Shown: positions 49,606 to 59,615, numbered from the stretch's first letter. The stretch: DNA of 64,000 nt from Lysobacteraceae bacterium (GCA_026005075.1 BPKJ01000009.1:3435-67434); one strand, 5' to 3'. Translations and numbers: made by a program. The notes: generated by a model not told the origin, from the letters alone.

Positions 49606-51303
49606 ATGTCCATGCTTCGCAAGTCGCTGCTGGCGGCTTCCTGTGCCCTTGGCCTCGCCGGCCCGGCGGCCGCCATCCATGTCAACGAGTCCTTCGACGG
49701 CGCCTGGGTCGACCCCTCCGCGGCCGGCAACCAGAAGGGCCTGATGGTGGACTACATCCCGTCGGCGAACACCTTCTTCTTCGCCTTCTTCACCTACGAC
49801 GCGGCGGGCGAGCAGCTGTGGACGGTGGGGTCCTTCCAGCCCGAGGACGGTCTGCGCGAATACACGGTGCCGGTGAGCGTGGTCACCGGCGGTCGCTTCA
49901 GCGAGGAGGGCACACCTTCCGAGGCTCCGATCGGCACCGCCCTCGTCCGCCTCGGCTGCGACGCCATCGACCTCGATTTCACGCCCGGCGAGGGCGTCCC
50001 GCTGACCGCGGCCAGCTACCGGTTCCAGCCCAGTCTCGGCCTCGATCGCCTCACCGCGGGCGAGTGCAGCAGCCCCGCCGACCAGTGCCCCGCCGGCACC
50101 ACGCCCGAGGGCGAGCGGTGCGCCCTGCCGTCCAGCATCCCTGGCAACCTGGTCCTGACCGCGGGCAAGGACTATGTCGTCAATGGCCGGGTCACGGTCG
50201 AGGCCGGAGGCAAGCTGAGCATCGCTCCGGGGGTGACGGTGATCGGTGGCGGTTCGGCGACCGCACCCAACTTCATCGTGGTCAAGGCGGGCGGCCAGAT
50301 CTACGCCAACGGCACCCGCGAGCAGCCTATCACCTTCACCGGGCCCGAGCCGGTACCCGGATCCTGGGCCGGGCTGGTGATCGCCGGGCGCTCCATCTGC
50401 AACGACGCCACCCCGACCCAGCCCTGCCAGTTCGAGGCGGTGCCCGACATCACCTACGGCTCGGCCACCGATCCGGTGCTGGAGGATAGCTCCGGCGTGC
50501 TGCGCTACGTGCGCATCCTCTGGGCCGGCCAGCAGATCGCACCGGACGAGGAGCTCAATGGGCTCACCCTGCTGGCGGTGGGCAGCGGCACGGTGCTCGA
50601 GCACGTGCAGGTCGACGGTGGCCTGGACGACGGGTTCGAGCTGTTCGGCGGCACCGTCAACGGCCGCTATCTGGTCTGCTCGAACATGGGCGACGACTGT
50701 TTCGACTTCGACCAGGGCTATCGCGGCAAGCTCCAGTTCGGTCTTGGCTGGCAGGGCAGCAATCCGGACCAGACCTCGGATTCGAACGGTTTCGAGACCG
50801 ACAACGACAGCAACAACAACGACAAGCAGCCGCGCACCGAACCGATGGTGGCCAACTTCACCATGGTCGGCCGCCCCTCCGGGACCCGCGACGGCATGCG
50901 CATCCGCCGCGGCGCCGGCGGGCATTACGTCAACATGGTGGTGACCGGCTACACCCGGCGCTGCCTCAACCTCGACGATGCCGGCACCTTCGCGCTGGGG
51001 ACCGGCACACAGCAGGGCGAGCGGCTGACCATGACCCACAGCTTCATGGGCAGCTGCACGGGCGGCACCTTCGACGACGCCGCGGGCGACCCGTACCCGG
51101 TGTCCGCCTGGTACGCGGCCGGTGCCGGCAACCAGAGCGGTGATCCGGTGCTGGACGGCTTCCTTCCGGCCGCAGGCTCGCCGGTGCTCGAGGGCGGTGG
51201 CGTGCTGGCCGACGGGTTCTTCCAGCCCACCACCTACCGGGGTGCCTTCGGGCCGGGCGAGAACTGGACCAAGGACTGGACGGTCAACCTGCCGGGACAG
51301 TAG
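49606..51303 (+). CDS. Secreted protein: N-terminal beta-rich domain + Cys linker + right-handed beta-helix-like domain
   Basis: Signal peptide MSMLRK..GPAAA; ITFTG, SGVLRYVRILWAG, ELNGLTLLAVGSGT, DDGFELFGG, GDDCFDFDQG, YRGAF..NWTKDW motifs typical of TBDR-associated beta-helix proteins. Confidence 0.8.
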   Translation: MSMLRKSLLAASCALGLAGPAAAIHVNESFDGAWVDPSAAGNQKGLMVDYIPSANTFFFAFFTYDAAGEQLWTVGSFQPEDGLREYTVPVSVVTGGRFSEEGTPSEAPIGTALVRLGCDAIDLDFTPGEGVPLTAASYRFQPSLGLDRLTAGECSSPADQCPAGTTPEGERCALPSSIPGNLVLTAGKDYVVNGRVTVEAGGKLSIAPGVTVIGGGSATAPNFIVVKAGGQIYANGTREQPITFTGPEPVPGSWAGLVIAGRSICNDATPTQPCQFEAVPDITYGSATDPVLEDSSGVLRYVRILWAGQQIAPDEELNGLTLLAVGSGTVLEHVQVDGGLDDGFELFGGTVNGRYLVCSNMGDDCFDFDQGYRGKLQFGLGWQGSNPDQTSDSNGFETDNDSNNNDKQPRTEPMVANFTMVGRPSGTRDGMRIRRGAGGHYVNMVVTGYTRRCLNLDDAGTFALGTGTQQGERLTMTHSFMGSCTGGTFDDAAGDPYPVSAWYAAGAGNQSGDPVLDGFLPAAGSPVLEGGGVLADGFFQPTTYRGAFGPGENWTKDWTVNLPGQ

Positions 51304-51314
51304 GCCGGCACAGG

Positions 51315-51342
51315 GGCCCGGCCGCACGGACGCGGCCGGGCC
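51315..51342. terminator. GC hairpin between convergent genes (possible bidirectional terminator)
   Basis: GGCCCGGCCGC-ACGGAC-GCGGCCGGGCC, a perfect 11-bp stem; no U-tract. Confidence 0.4.
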
Positions 51343-51364
51343 GCGCCGCGCTCCGCGGGCTCGT

Positions 51365-52417
51365 TCAATGCGCCAGGGAGAGGGCCGAGAACGCCTCGAC
51401 CACGGTCTGGCCGCTCGCGGGCCCCTGCTCCCGGAACCGCTCGCGCAGCCCGCGAGTTACCTGCCGCAGGCGTTCGGCGTTCTCGGCCTTGCTCGCGGCG
51501 AAGGTGGTCCGGCCGGGTTCCGAGCAGAACCGGTGGAGCTCGAAGAAATAGAACTCCTGCCCGTGGGTCAGGAATTCGAGGCAGGGCTGGGCCGACTGCG
51601 CGGCGTCCAGCGAACGCCCCGAGCGCATCTCGCGCTCCTGGCACAGCCGGCTGGCGCTCTCGGCGAGCCAGAAGAAAGCCTCGCCGACGTTGGCGGTGTC
51701 GAGGTCGGAAGCCAACTGCGCCAGCGCGACGCCATGGACCGCGTCGGCATCCTCCCGCCAGCCTGGAACCTCGCGATCCAGCACCTGCGGCAGATGGGGC
51801 GCCAGCGCACCGGCGGTGGCGGCCAGCTCCGCTGTGTTGTACTCGGACGGAGGCGGGGCGGGTCTCGGGTCGAAGGTCGAGCCGGCGATCATCAGGTCCA
51901 GCACCGTGAACAGGCGCCGGTCGCGGTGGCGGTCGAAGCCGGAGAGGGCGAGGATCCTGCGGGTCTCGCAGATGCTCGCCGCCTCGTTGTTGCCGATCGG
52001 ATGGGAAAAGTCCACCGCCTCCCGCTGGCGCAGGTCATGGCAGGTGGCAAACAGCGAAAGCGCAAGCCAGTCGAACAGCGGCAGGCTTTCCAGGCCGCAG
52101 CGTTCCATCATCCGGCCGAGCCGGCCGTCGAGGATCTCCAGCGCGTGGTTCTCGTTGTGGTAGTGGTGGAAGTCATCGCCCCAGCTGCCATGGCGCATGC
52201 CCATGCGGGCGAGGCTGATCATCAGCGCCGTCTCGGTGCGCTCGAGCAGGTCCTGCTCGGCCTCCGCAAAACCCGACAGGAAGATCCGCCTGCGCTCGCC
52301 GAGCAGCTCCAGGAAATCCGGGCGGCAGTCACGCAGCAGGCGCTCTGCAGTCGGGCGGTCGGCCACGGCCCGTTCCACGCCGTCGGCGGCAAACTGCTTG
52401 TGCAGTGGCAGGAACAT
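51365..52417 (-). CDS. Uncharacterised HD-superfamily metal-dependent phosphohydrolase
   Basis: YHNENH, CHD and SDLDTAN motifs in the order expected for HD-domain metal ligands. Confidence 0.65.
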   Translation of the reverse strand: MFLPLHKQFAADGVERAVADRPTAERLLRDCRPDFLELLGERRRIFLSGFAEAEQDLLERTETALMISLARMGMRHGSWGDDFHHYHNENHALEILDGRLGRMMERCGLESLPLFDWLALSLFATCHDLRQREAVDFSHPIGNNEAASICETRRILALSGFDRHRDRRLFTVLDLMIAGSTFDPRPAPPPSEYNTAELAATAGALAPHLPQVLDREVPGWREDADAVHGVALAQLASDLDTANVGEAFFWLAESASRLCQEREMRSGRSLDAAQSAQPCLEFLTHGQEFYFFELHRFCSEPGRTTFAASKAENAERLRQVTRGLRERFREQGPASGQTVVEAFSALSLAH

Positions 52418-52499
52418 CCCCCGCGAGACTCCGTGGGTCCGGGCACCGCCCGGCTTCTCCCGGAGTATACGTGCAAGCCAGCGGCCGCCGTGCCCAAGG

Positions 52500-53177
52500 T
52501 CACAGCCAGCCGCGCGCGGCCATCGACACCGGTGCGCCGTGGCCGACGACGAGGTGGTCGAGGAGGCGAACGTCGATCAGCGCCAGCGCCTCGCGCAGAC
52601 GCAGGGTGAGGTTGCGGTCGGCCGCGCTCGGTTCGGCGACCCCGCTGGGATGGTTGTGCCCGACCAGAACCGCGGCGGCGTTGCGTTCGAGGCAGCGTTG
52701 CACGACCACCCGCGGATGGACCTCGGCACCGTCGATGGTGCCGTGAAAAAGGATCTCGAAGGCCAGCAGGTGGTGGCGGGCATCGAGGAAGGCGACCGCG
52801 AAGGCTTCCTGCCGCAGACCGCCGAGGCGCGATGCGAACAGCTGGCCGGCGCTGTGCGGGTCGGACAGCACCGGTCCGCGGGAAAGGGCCTGCTGCAGGC
52901 AGCGGCTGCCCAGTTCGCTGGCCGCGAGCAGGCGGCAGGCGGCCACGGTGCCGAGGCCCTCCAGGCGCCGCAGAGGCGGGCCCTGCAGCGCCATCACCAG
53001 CGCCCGCAGCGAGCCGTGGCGGGCGAGCAGCCGACGGGCGCGGCTCACCGCATCCTCGCCGCGCACACCGGAGCCGAGGAAGACCGCCAGCAGTTCGGCA
53101 TCGGACAGGGCCTGCGCGCCAAGTGCCGCCAGCTTCTCGCGGGGACGTTCCATGCTCGGCCAGTCGCGGATGCTCAT
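52500..53177 (-). CDS. radC: RadC/YicR JAB-domain protein
   Basis: WPSMERPREKL, LSDAELLA, EVHPRVV, HNHPSG, LLDHLVVG. Confidence 0.94.
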   Translation of the reverse strand: MSIRDWPSMERPREKLAALGAQALSDAELLAVFLGSGVRGEDAVSRARRLLARHGSLRALVMALQGPPLRRLEGLGTVAACRLLAASELGSRCLQQALSRGPVLSDPHSAGQLFASRLGGLRQEAFAVAFLDARHHLLAFEILFHGTIDGAEVHPRVVVQRCLERNAAAVLVGHNHPSGVAEPSAADRNLTLRLREALALIDVRLLDHLVVGHGAPVSMAARGWL

Positions 53178-53297
53178 GCTGCGGCTCGGAATGGGGCAGA
53201 GGCCGGATCAGGATCGGCGGCGGCGGGCTCGTGGCCCAGCCGGCGCGGTCCGGGCTTCGGGTAAGATGCCGCGGCAGGATCGGGCAGGAGATTTCCG

Positions 53298-54506
53298 ATG
53301 GCCTCCATGGCGGCCGCAGAGCGCATCGTGCTGGGGGTGTCCGGCGGCATCGCCGCCTACAAGTCGGCCGAGCTGGTGCGTCGTCTGCGCGAGCGCGGGC
53401 ACGAGGTCCAGGTCGTCATGACCGAGGCCGCGACGCGGTTCGTCACGCCGCTCACGTTCCAGGCCCTTTCCGGGCGGCCGGTGCGCTGCAGCCTCTGGGA
53501 CGATGCGGCAGAGGCGGCCATGGGCCACATCGAGCTGGCCCGCTGGGCGCAGCGGGTGGTGGTCGCGCCGGCCAGCGCCGACCTGATCGCACGCATGGCC
53601 CAGGGGCGGGCCGACGACCTGCTGACCACGCTCCTGCTCGCCACCGCGGCTCCGGTGCTGCTGGCACCGGCGATGAACCGGCAGATGTGGGCGCATCCGG
53701 CGGTGCAGGCCAATCTCGAGGTCCTGCGGTCGCGGGGGATCGAGTTCGTGGGGCCGGGCCGCGGCGGCCAGGCCTGCGGCGAGTTCGGCGAGGGCCGGAT
53801 GAGCGAGCCGGCGGAAATCCTCGCCCGCCTCGCGGCCCCGCCCGCCGCCGAGGGGAGGCTGCGCGGTCGGCGCGTGCTCATTACCGCAGGTCCGACCTTC
53901 GAGGACATCGACCCGGTGCGCTTCATCGGCAACCGCAGTTCGGGCCGGATGGGCTTTGCGGTGGCGGAAGCCGCATGCGCCGAGGGCGCCGAGGTGACCC
54001 TGGTGGCCGGACCGGTGAGTTTGCCCACGCCTGCCGGCGTGCGGCGGATCGACGTGCGCTCCGCCTGCCAGATGCGTGATGCGGTGATGCAGACCCTCGA
54101 CGGCCAGGACGTGTTCATCGCCGCCGCCGCGGTGGCCGACTACCGGCCGCGCGAGGTGCTGGACAGCAAGCGCAAGAAGTCCGGGCAGACGTGGAACCTC
54201 GAGCTGGTGCTCAACCCGGACATCCTCGCCGAGGTCGCCGCGCGCACGCCCCGGCCGTTCGTGGTCGGCTTTGCCGCCGAGACCGAGGAGGTCGAACGCC
54301 ATGCCCGCGACAAGCTGGCGCGCAAGCGGCTGGACATGATCGCCGCCAACCGTGTGGGCCAGCCGGGTTGCGGCTTCGAGGCGGGCGAGAACGCGCTGTC
54401 GGTCTACTGGCACGGCGGCGGCGCGGAGATTCCGCTGGCCGACAAGTCCGAGGTGGCCGCGCGGCTGGTGGCGCTGATCGCCGAGCGCATGGGACAGGCC
54501 GGATGA
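53298..54506 (+). CDS. coaBC: Bifunctional phosphopantothenoylcysteine decarboxylase/synthase
   Basis: [45 protein letters not shown]. Confidence 0.95.
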   Translation: MASMAAAERIVLGVSGGIAAYKSAELVRRLRERGHEVQVVMTEAATRFVTPLTFQALSGRPVRCSLWDDAAEAAMGHIELARWAQRVVVAPASADLIARMAQGRADDLLTTLLLATAAPVLLAPAMNRQMWAHPAVQANLEVLRSRGIEFVGPGRGGQACGEFGEGRMSEPAEILARLAAPPAAEGRLRGRRVLITAGPTFEDIDPVRFIGNRSSGRMGFAVAEAACAEGAEVTLVAGPVSLPTPAGVRRIDVRSACQMRDAVMQTLDGQDVFIAAAAVADYRPREVLDSKRKKSGQTWNLELVLNPDILAEVAARTPRPFVVGFAAETEEVERHARDKLARKRLDMIAANRVGQPGCGFEAGENALSVYWHGGGAEIPLADKSEVAARLVALIAERMGQAG

Positions 54507-54967
54507 GTGCGCCGCAGCCGGTCGCCCTGCGGATCCTCGATCCGCGCCTTGGCCGCGATTACCCGCTGCCCGCCTACGCCACCGAGCACAGCGCGGGCAT
54601 GGACCTCAGGGCGATGGTGGAGGCCCCGCTCGTGCTTGAGCCGGGGCAGGCGGAACTGGTGCCTTCCGGCATCGCCATCCACATCGGCGACCCCGGACTC
54701 TGCGCGGTGGTGCTGCCGCGCAGCGGGCTCGGCCACCGCCAGGGCCTGGTGCTCGGCAACCTCACCGGGCTGATCGACGCCGACTACCAGGGGCCGCTGA
54801 TGATCAGTCTGTGGAACCGGGGCAGGGCCGCCGTTACCATCGCCCCGGGGGATCGCGTCGCGCAGCTGGTGTTCCTGCCGGTGGTTCGCGCGGCGCTGCA
54901 GGTCTGCGACGCGTTCGTCCGTTCCGGGCGCGGGGAGGGTGGCTTCGGCCATACCGGTCTGCGCTGA
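54503..54967 (+). CDS. dut: dUTP diphosphatase
   Basis: [37 protein letters not shown]. Confidence 0.96.
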   Translation: MSAPQPVALRILDPRLGRDYPLPAYATEHSAGMDLRAMVEAPLVLEPGQAELVPSGIAIHIGDPGLCAVVLPRSGLGHRQGLVLGNLTGLIDADYQGPLMISLWNRGRAAVTIAPGDRVAQLVFLPVVRAALQVCDAFVRSGRGEGGFGHTGLR

Positions 54968-54991
54968 AGAGAGGCTCGACAGAGAGGGGGC

Positions 54992-57349
54992 ATGAGCAAG
55001 TCGGATTCGAAACCACGGTCCGCGCGCAGGCAGGATGCGGGAGGTGCCGACCCCGCGCTCCGCGCTGCCGTATTGCGGATCGCACTGCTCGTGCTGGCCG
55101 GTGCGCTGGCGATCTCGGGCCTCGGGCTGGTGGCCATCGGCATGCACGGGCTGCGTGCCGAGCCGGTCGGCGTGGACCTGGTCGCGCAGCGTGACGAGCT
55201 GGCGAGGAAGCTCGCCGCGGAACTGGGTCAGCTCGGGCAGGAGCTCGAGCGGCGCATCCAGGATCCCTACTTCCGCGCCGACGTCGAGGCGGGTGCACTG
55301 GAGGCGGCGGCCGAGCGGCTGGGAAGGAACTGGCCGGGCATCGCCGCCGCCAGTGTCCATCCGCCCCAGGTCGAGCGGCAGCTGGAGGAGGGCGCCGGTG
55401 CCGACTACGGCAGGCTGGCGCTGCAGGCGCGGGCCAAGGTCGAGGACGGTGTGGCGGTGGCGCCGGTGGGCTCGCGCAGCGAGCCGCGCATCGGCCTTGC
55501 ACGGCGGGTCGACGACGGGGACGGGACGACGATCGCCGTGGCCATGGTCGAGGTGCCGATGGCGCTGATCACCGACCCGATCCGCAGTACGGCCATCGGC
55601 GCCGCCCTGCTCGAGCTGCGTGCGGGTGGCGAGCACCTCTACGCCTACGGCGACGAGAGCCTGCGTGCGGTCGCGGTGCCGGTGAGGATCGAGGGCACCC
55701 CGTTCCAGCTCGCCCTGGGCCGGCGGGCGCAGATGTTCGGAGACAGCCCGCTGCTGCCCCTGGGGCTCGGAGCGCTGCTTGCGGTGCTCGCCGTCGGCGC
55801 CTTCGGTCTGGCCCGGCGCGTGGGTGCCAGTGCCCCGGCCTTTGCCGAACCGACCTTCGCCGAGGCCCTCGCCGCCGAGCAGGCCGAGGCCGCGCTCAAG
55901 GCGGTCGATGCGCAAGAGGCCGCACCGGCTGAGGTCGAGGCGGCCAGGCCGCCGGCGCCGCCGAAGGCGCCCCTGCGCATGGATCGCAGCATCTTCCGTG
56001 CCTACGACATCCGCGGCGTGGTCGGCGAGACGCTGGATGCGGACGTCGCCCGGCTGATCGGGCAGGCCATCGGTTCCAGCCTGCGCGAGCAGGGCTTGCG
56101 GGAGATCGTGGTCGGCCGCGACGGGCGTCGGTCCGGCCCCGAGCTGGCCCGCGCGCTGATCGAGGGCCTGCGCAGCACCGGCTGCGACGTCACCGACCTC
56201 GGCATGGTGCCCACCCCGGTGGTCTACTTCGCCAGCCACCAGCTTGGCGGAGGCAGCGGAGTGGCGGTGACCGGCAGCCACAACCCGCCGCAGTACAATG
56301 GCTTCAAGATCATGATCGGGGGCAGGACGCTGTCCGGCGAGGACATCGTCGGCCTCTACGAACGGATCGCCGAGGACCGCCTGCAGCGCGATGAGCCCGG
56401 CGGGCTGCAGGAGCTCGACATCCGCCGCGACTACATCGATCGCATCGCCGGGGACGTTGCTCTGGAGCGGCCGCTGCAGGTCGTGGTCGATTGCGGCAAC
56501 GGGGTCGCGGGCGAGATCGCGCCGGCCGTCCTGGAGGCGGTCGGCGCCAGCGTCGAAGGGCTGTTCTGCGAGGTCGACGGCAGCTTTCCCAACCACCACC
56601 CGGACCCGAGCGACCCTGACAACCTGTCCGATCTGATCACCGTGGTGAAGCAGACCGGCGCCGACCTGGGGCTGGCCTTCGACGGCGACGGCGATCGCCT
56701 GGGCGTGGTCACCCGCAGCGGGCGGATCATCCACCCGGACCGGGTGCTGATGCTGTTCGCCCAGGACGTGCTCAGCCGCAATCCGGGCGCTGCGGTCATC
56801 TACGACGTCAAGTGCAGCGGCCATCTCGCCGCGCACATCCTGCGCCACGGCGGCAGCCCGATCATGTGGAAGACCGGGCACTCGCTCATCAAGGCCAAGA
56901 TGGCGGAGAGCGGGGCCGAGCTCGCCGGCGAGATGAGCGGACACTTCTTCTTCGGCGAGCGCTGGTACGGATTCGACGACGGGATCTACGCCGCTGCGCG
57001 GCTGCTGGAGATCCTCGCCGCCGACGAGCGCGACCCGGAGGAGGTGTTCGCCGAGCTCCCGGACAGCGTCAGCACGCCCGAGATCAAGGTGCCGATGGAG
57101 GAGTCCCGCCTGCACGGGTTCATGGAGCGGTTCCGCGAAAAGGCCCAGTTCGAGGGCGCGAAGATCGTCACCATCGACGGCGTGCGGGCCGACTGGCCGG
57201 ACGGCTGGGGGCTGGTGCGGCGCTCCAACACCACCCCCTGTCTGGTGCTGCGCTTCGACGCCGACGATGCGCAGGCGTTGGCGCGCATCCAGGAGACCTT
57301 CCGCGCCCAGCTTCTCGCTCTGGAGCCGGGGCTGAACCTGCCCTTCTGA
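54992..57349 (+). CDS. algC: Phosphomannomutase/phosphoglucomutase, long form with N-terminal membrane/periplasmic extension
   Basis: IFRAYDIRG, TGSHNP (phospho-Ser), FDGDGDR, GEMSGH; two TM segments in the first ~280 aa. Confidence 0.88.
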   Translation: MSKSDSKPRSARRQDAGGADPALRAAVLRIALLVLAGALAISGLGLVAIGMHGLRAEPVGVDLVAQRDELARKLAAELGQLGQELERRIQDPYFRADVEAGALEAAAERLGRNWPGIAAASVHPPQVERQLEEGAGADYGRLALQARAKVEDGVAVAPVGSRSEPRIGLARRVDDGDGTTIAVAMVEVPMALITDPIRSTAIGAALLELRAGGEHLYAYGDESLRAVAVPVRIEGTPFQLALGRRAQMFGDSPLLPLGLGALLAVLAVGAFGLARRVGASAPAFAEPTFAEALAAEQAEAALKAVDAQEAAPAEVEAARPPAPPKAPLRMDRSIFRAYDIRGVVGETLDADVARLIGQAIGSSLREQGLREIVVGRDGRRSGPELARALIEGLRSTGCDVTDLGMVPTPVVYFASHQLGGGSGVAVTGSHNPPQYNGFKIMIGGRTLSGEDIVGLYERIAEDRLQRDEPGGLQELDIRRDYIDRIAGDVALERPLQVVVDCGNGVAGEIAPAVLEAVGASVEGLFCEVDGSFPNHHPDPSDPDNLSDLITVVKQTGADLGLAFDGDGDRLGVVTRSGRIIHPDRVLMLFAQDVLSRNPGAAVIYDVKCSGHLAAHILRHGGSPIMWKTGHSLIKAKMAESGAELAGEMSGHFFFGERWYGFDDGIYAAARLLEILAADERDPEEVFAELPDSVSTPEIKVPMEESRLHGFMERFREKAQFEGAKIVTIDGVRADWPDGWGLVRRSNTTPCLVLRFDADDAQALARIQETFRAQLLALEPGLNLPF

Positions 57350-57374
57350 GCGCCCGCTCCGGGCGCGCCGCCGC

Positions 57375-58019
57375 TCAGCGCCCGCCGGCGCGGGCGGCCT
57401 CCTCCGCGGCGCGCAGGGCGAGGTAATGCTCGCGGACGCGTCGGTACTCGGCCTCGATGGCTGCCTTCTCGGCCTCCCGGGTGGCGAGGTACTCGCGCTG
57501 CTGCGCGACCTGGCGCCGTGCCAGCTCGATCGAACCGGTCAGGCTCTGCGGCACCGGCTTGTTCTGCCGCTGCAGTCCGGCGGCATGGGCGAGCAGGTCG
57601 GCGAGGCTCTTCTCCTGGCTCTGCAATCCCACCCGCGCCGATTCGAGGGCCTGTTCCACGAGGTCGAAGCGCTCGCGGTAGGCGCGGTCGAGCTCCTGCA
57701 CCGTGCCGTAGGAGCTGAGCAGCGCCTGATCGGCCTTGGCCTGCTCCTCGCGCGCCTTGCGCTGCCGGGCCTCGGCCTCGGCGGCGGCGCGTTGCGCGGC
57801 CCGCTCCTCGGCGGTCAGCGCACGCTCGACCTTGCCCACCTCCAGGCCGTGCTCGTTGAGCTCGCTGCGGGCGTTCTCGATCGCCTCCGGCGGCACGTGG
57901 TCGCTGTAGTGGACCTTGCCGTCCTTGTCGGTCCAGCGGTAGAGCTTCTTCTGCTGGGCCTCGGCACCGCCCGCGGCGAGGAGCAGCCCGGCGCAGAACA
58001 GGAAAACGGTCCGTCTCAT
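57375..58019 (-). CDS. DUF4124-domain secreted protein
   Basis: Signal peptide then LYRWTDKDGKVHYSDHVPP, coiled-coil tail with DQALLSSY. Confidence 0.85.
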   Translation of the reverse strand: MRRTVFLFCAGLLLAAGGAEAQQKKLYRWTDKDGKVHYSDHVPPEAIENARSELNEHGLEVGKVERALTAEERAAQRAAAEAEARQRKAREEQAKADQALLSSYGTVQELDRAYRERFDLVEQALESARVGLQSQEKSLADLLAHAAGLQRQNKPVPQSLTGSIELARRQVAQQREYLATREAEKAAIEAEYRRVREHYLALRAAEEAARAGGR

Positions 58020-58681
58020 GCGGCACTCCCGGAAGGTCCTGCCGAGCAACCGTACTCGGCGCGGTAGCGCTGCAGCGGCAGGTGATGCTCCGCCCAGCGC
58101 GGATCGCTCCCAGTATAGGCCAGCAGGTCGTCGAGGCTGGCGATGGCCAGCACGGGGATGCCCTCCGATTCAGCCAGCTCCTCGGCCGCGGAGCGGGGGC
58201 CGAGGCCGCGTTCCTTGCGGTCGAGGGCGATCAGCACGCCGCAGGGCTCGGCCCCGGCGGCCCGGATCCGGGCCAGGGATTCCCGGACCGCAGTACCGGC
58301 GGTGATGACGTCATCCACCACCAGCACGCGCCCGGCGAGCTCCGCACCCATCAGGTCACCGCCCTCGCCGTGGGTCTTGGCTTCCTTGCGGTTGAACGCC
58401 ACCGGCACGCTGCGCCCCTGCCGCGCGAGGGCGATGGCGAGGGCGGTGGCCAGGGGGATGCCCTTGTAGGCCGGGCCGAACAGCATGTCGAACGCGATTT
58501 CGGCATCGAGCAGGGTCTTGGCGTAGCATTCGCCGAGTTCGGCGAGGGCAGCGCCGGTCGTGAAGCGCCCGGCATTGAAGAAGTAGGGCGAGACACGGCC
58601 CGACTTCAGGGTGAAGCGGCCGAAGCGGAGCGCTTCGCAGCGGGCAGCGAGGTCGAGGAAGCGACGCCGATGGTCGTGCAT
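58016..58681 (-). CDS. pyrE: Orotate phosphoribosyltransferase
   Basis: FTLKSGRVSPYFFNAG, FGPAYKGIP, RKEAKTHGEGG, VVDDVITAG. Confidence 0.96.
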   Translation of the reverse strand: MHDHRRRFLDLAARCEALRFGRFTLKSGRVSPYFFNAGRFTTGAALAELGECYAKTLLDAEIAFDMLFGPAYKGIPLATALAIALARQGRSVPVAFNRKEAKTHGEGGDLMGAELAGRVLVVDDVITAGTAVRESLARIRAAGAEPCGVLIALDRKERGLGPRSAAEELAESEGIPVLAIASLDDLLAYTGSDPRWAEHHLPLQRYRAEYGCSAGPSGSAA

Positions 58682-58832
58682 GGTCGGATCCGGTGGAGGG
58701 CCGCGCGCAGCTTAGGCCGCGCGTGCCGAACTGCCAACCGGGCGGCAGGCGCCAAAGATCCGGCCTCGCGAACGCTGAGCTGGACCGGCGGCGCAAGGAA
58801 CGCCGGGTCCGCGGGTTTCCATGGAGGGTCAC

Positions 58833-59615
58833 GTGCGCATCATCACCTTCAACGCCAACGGCCTGCGCTCGGCCGCGAAAAAGGGCTTCTTCGTGTGGTT
58901 CGAGGCGCAGCAGGCCGACCTGCTCTGCGTGCAGGAGACCAAGGCGCGGGAAGCGCAACTCGACGATCCCGTTCTCCGTCCGCCCGGGTGGCATCGCTGT
59001 TTCCACGATGCCCGCTGCCGCCCCGGGTACAGCGGCGTGGCCATCTACTCCCGGCAGCAGCCCGATGCCGTGATCCGTGAACTCGGCTGGGAGCCCTTCG
59101 ACGGCGAGGGGCGCTACATCGAGGCACGCTTCGGCAGCCTGAGCGTAGTCTCGCTCTACCTGCCCTCAGGCTCCTCCGGCGAGGCGCGCCAGCAGTACAA
59201 GTTCGAGGTCATGGCCTGGCTGGAGCCGATCCTTGCCGGCTGGATCGCCAGCGGGCGCGAGTACGTGCTGTGCGGGGACTGGAACATCGTTCGCGGCCCG
59301 CAGGACATCCGCAACTGGACGTCGAACCAGAAGAACTCGGGCTGCCTGCCGGAGGAGCGGGCCTGGCTCAACGGTCTCGTCGAGCGTCAGGGCTGGGTCG
59401 ATGCCTACCGCCACCTGCGCCCGGATGGGCAGGACTACACCTGGTGGTCGCAACGCGGCGCCGCGCGGGACCGGGACGTGGGCTGGCGGATCGACTACCA
59501 ACTGGTGAGTCCCGGTCTGGCCGCCCGCTTGCGTGACTGTGCGGTGTGCCCGCGCGAGCTCAGGTTCTCCGACCACGCCCCCTTCACCGTGGACTTCGCC
59601 GATGCGGCCGGCTAG
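58833..59615 (+). CDS. xth: Exodeoxyribonuclease III
   Basis: TFNANGLR, VQETK, YSGVAIY, GDWN, WRIDY, SDHAP. Confidence 0.93.
   Translation: MRIITFNANGLRSAAKKGFFVWFEAQQADLLCVQETKAREAQLDDPVLRPPGWHRCFHDARCRPGYSGVAIYSRQQPDAVIRELGWEPFDGEGRYIEARFGSLSVVSLYLPSGSSGEARQQYKFEVMAWLEPILAGWIASGREYVLCGDWNIVRGPQDIRNWTSNQKNSGCLPEERAWLNGLVERQGWVDAYRHLRPDGQDYTWWSQRGAARDRDVGWRIDYQLVSPGLAARLRDCAVCPRELRFSDHAPFTVDFADAAG

Noticed and set aside
52500-53177. radC as a marker of a prophage or ICE anti-restriction module
   Set aside because: Full-length form in the conserved chromosomal radC-coaBC-dut context; no integrase, att site or phage genes nearby.
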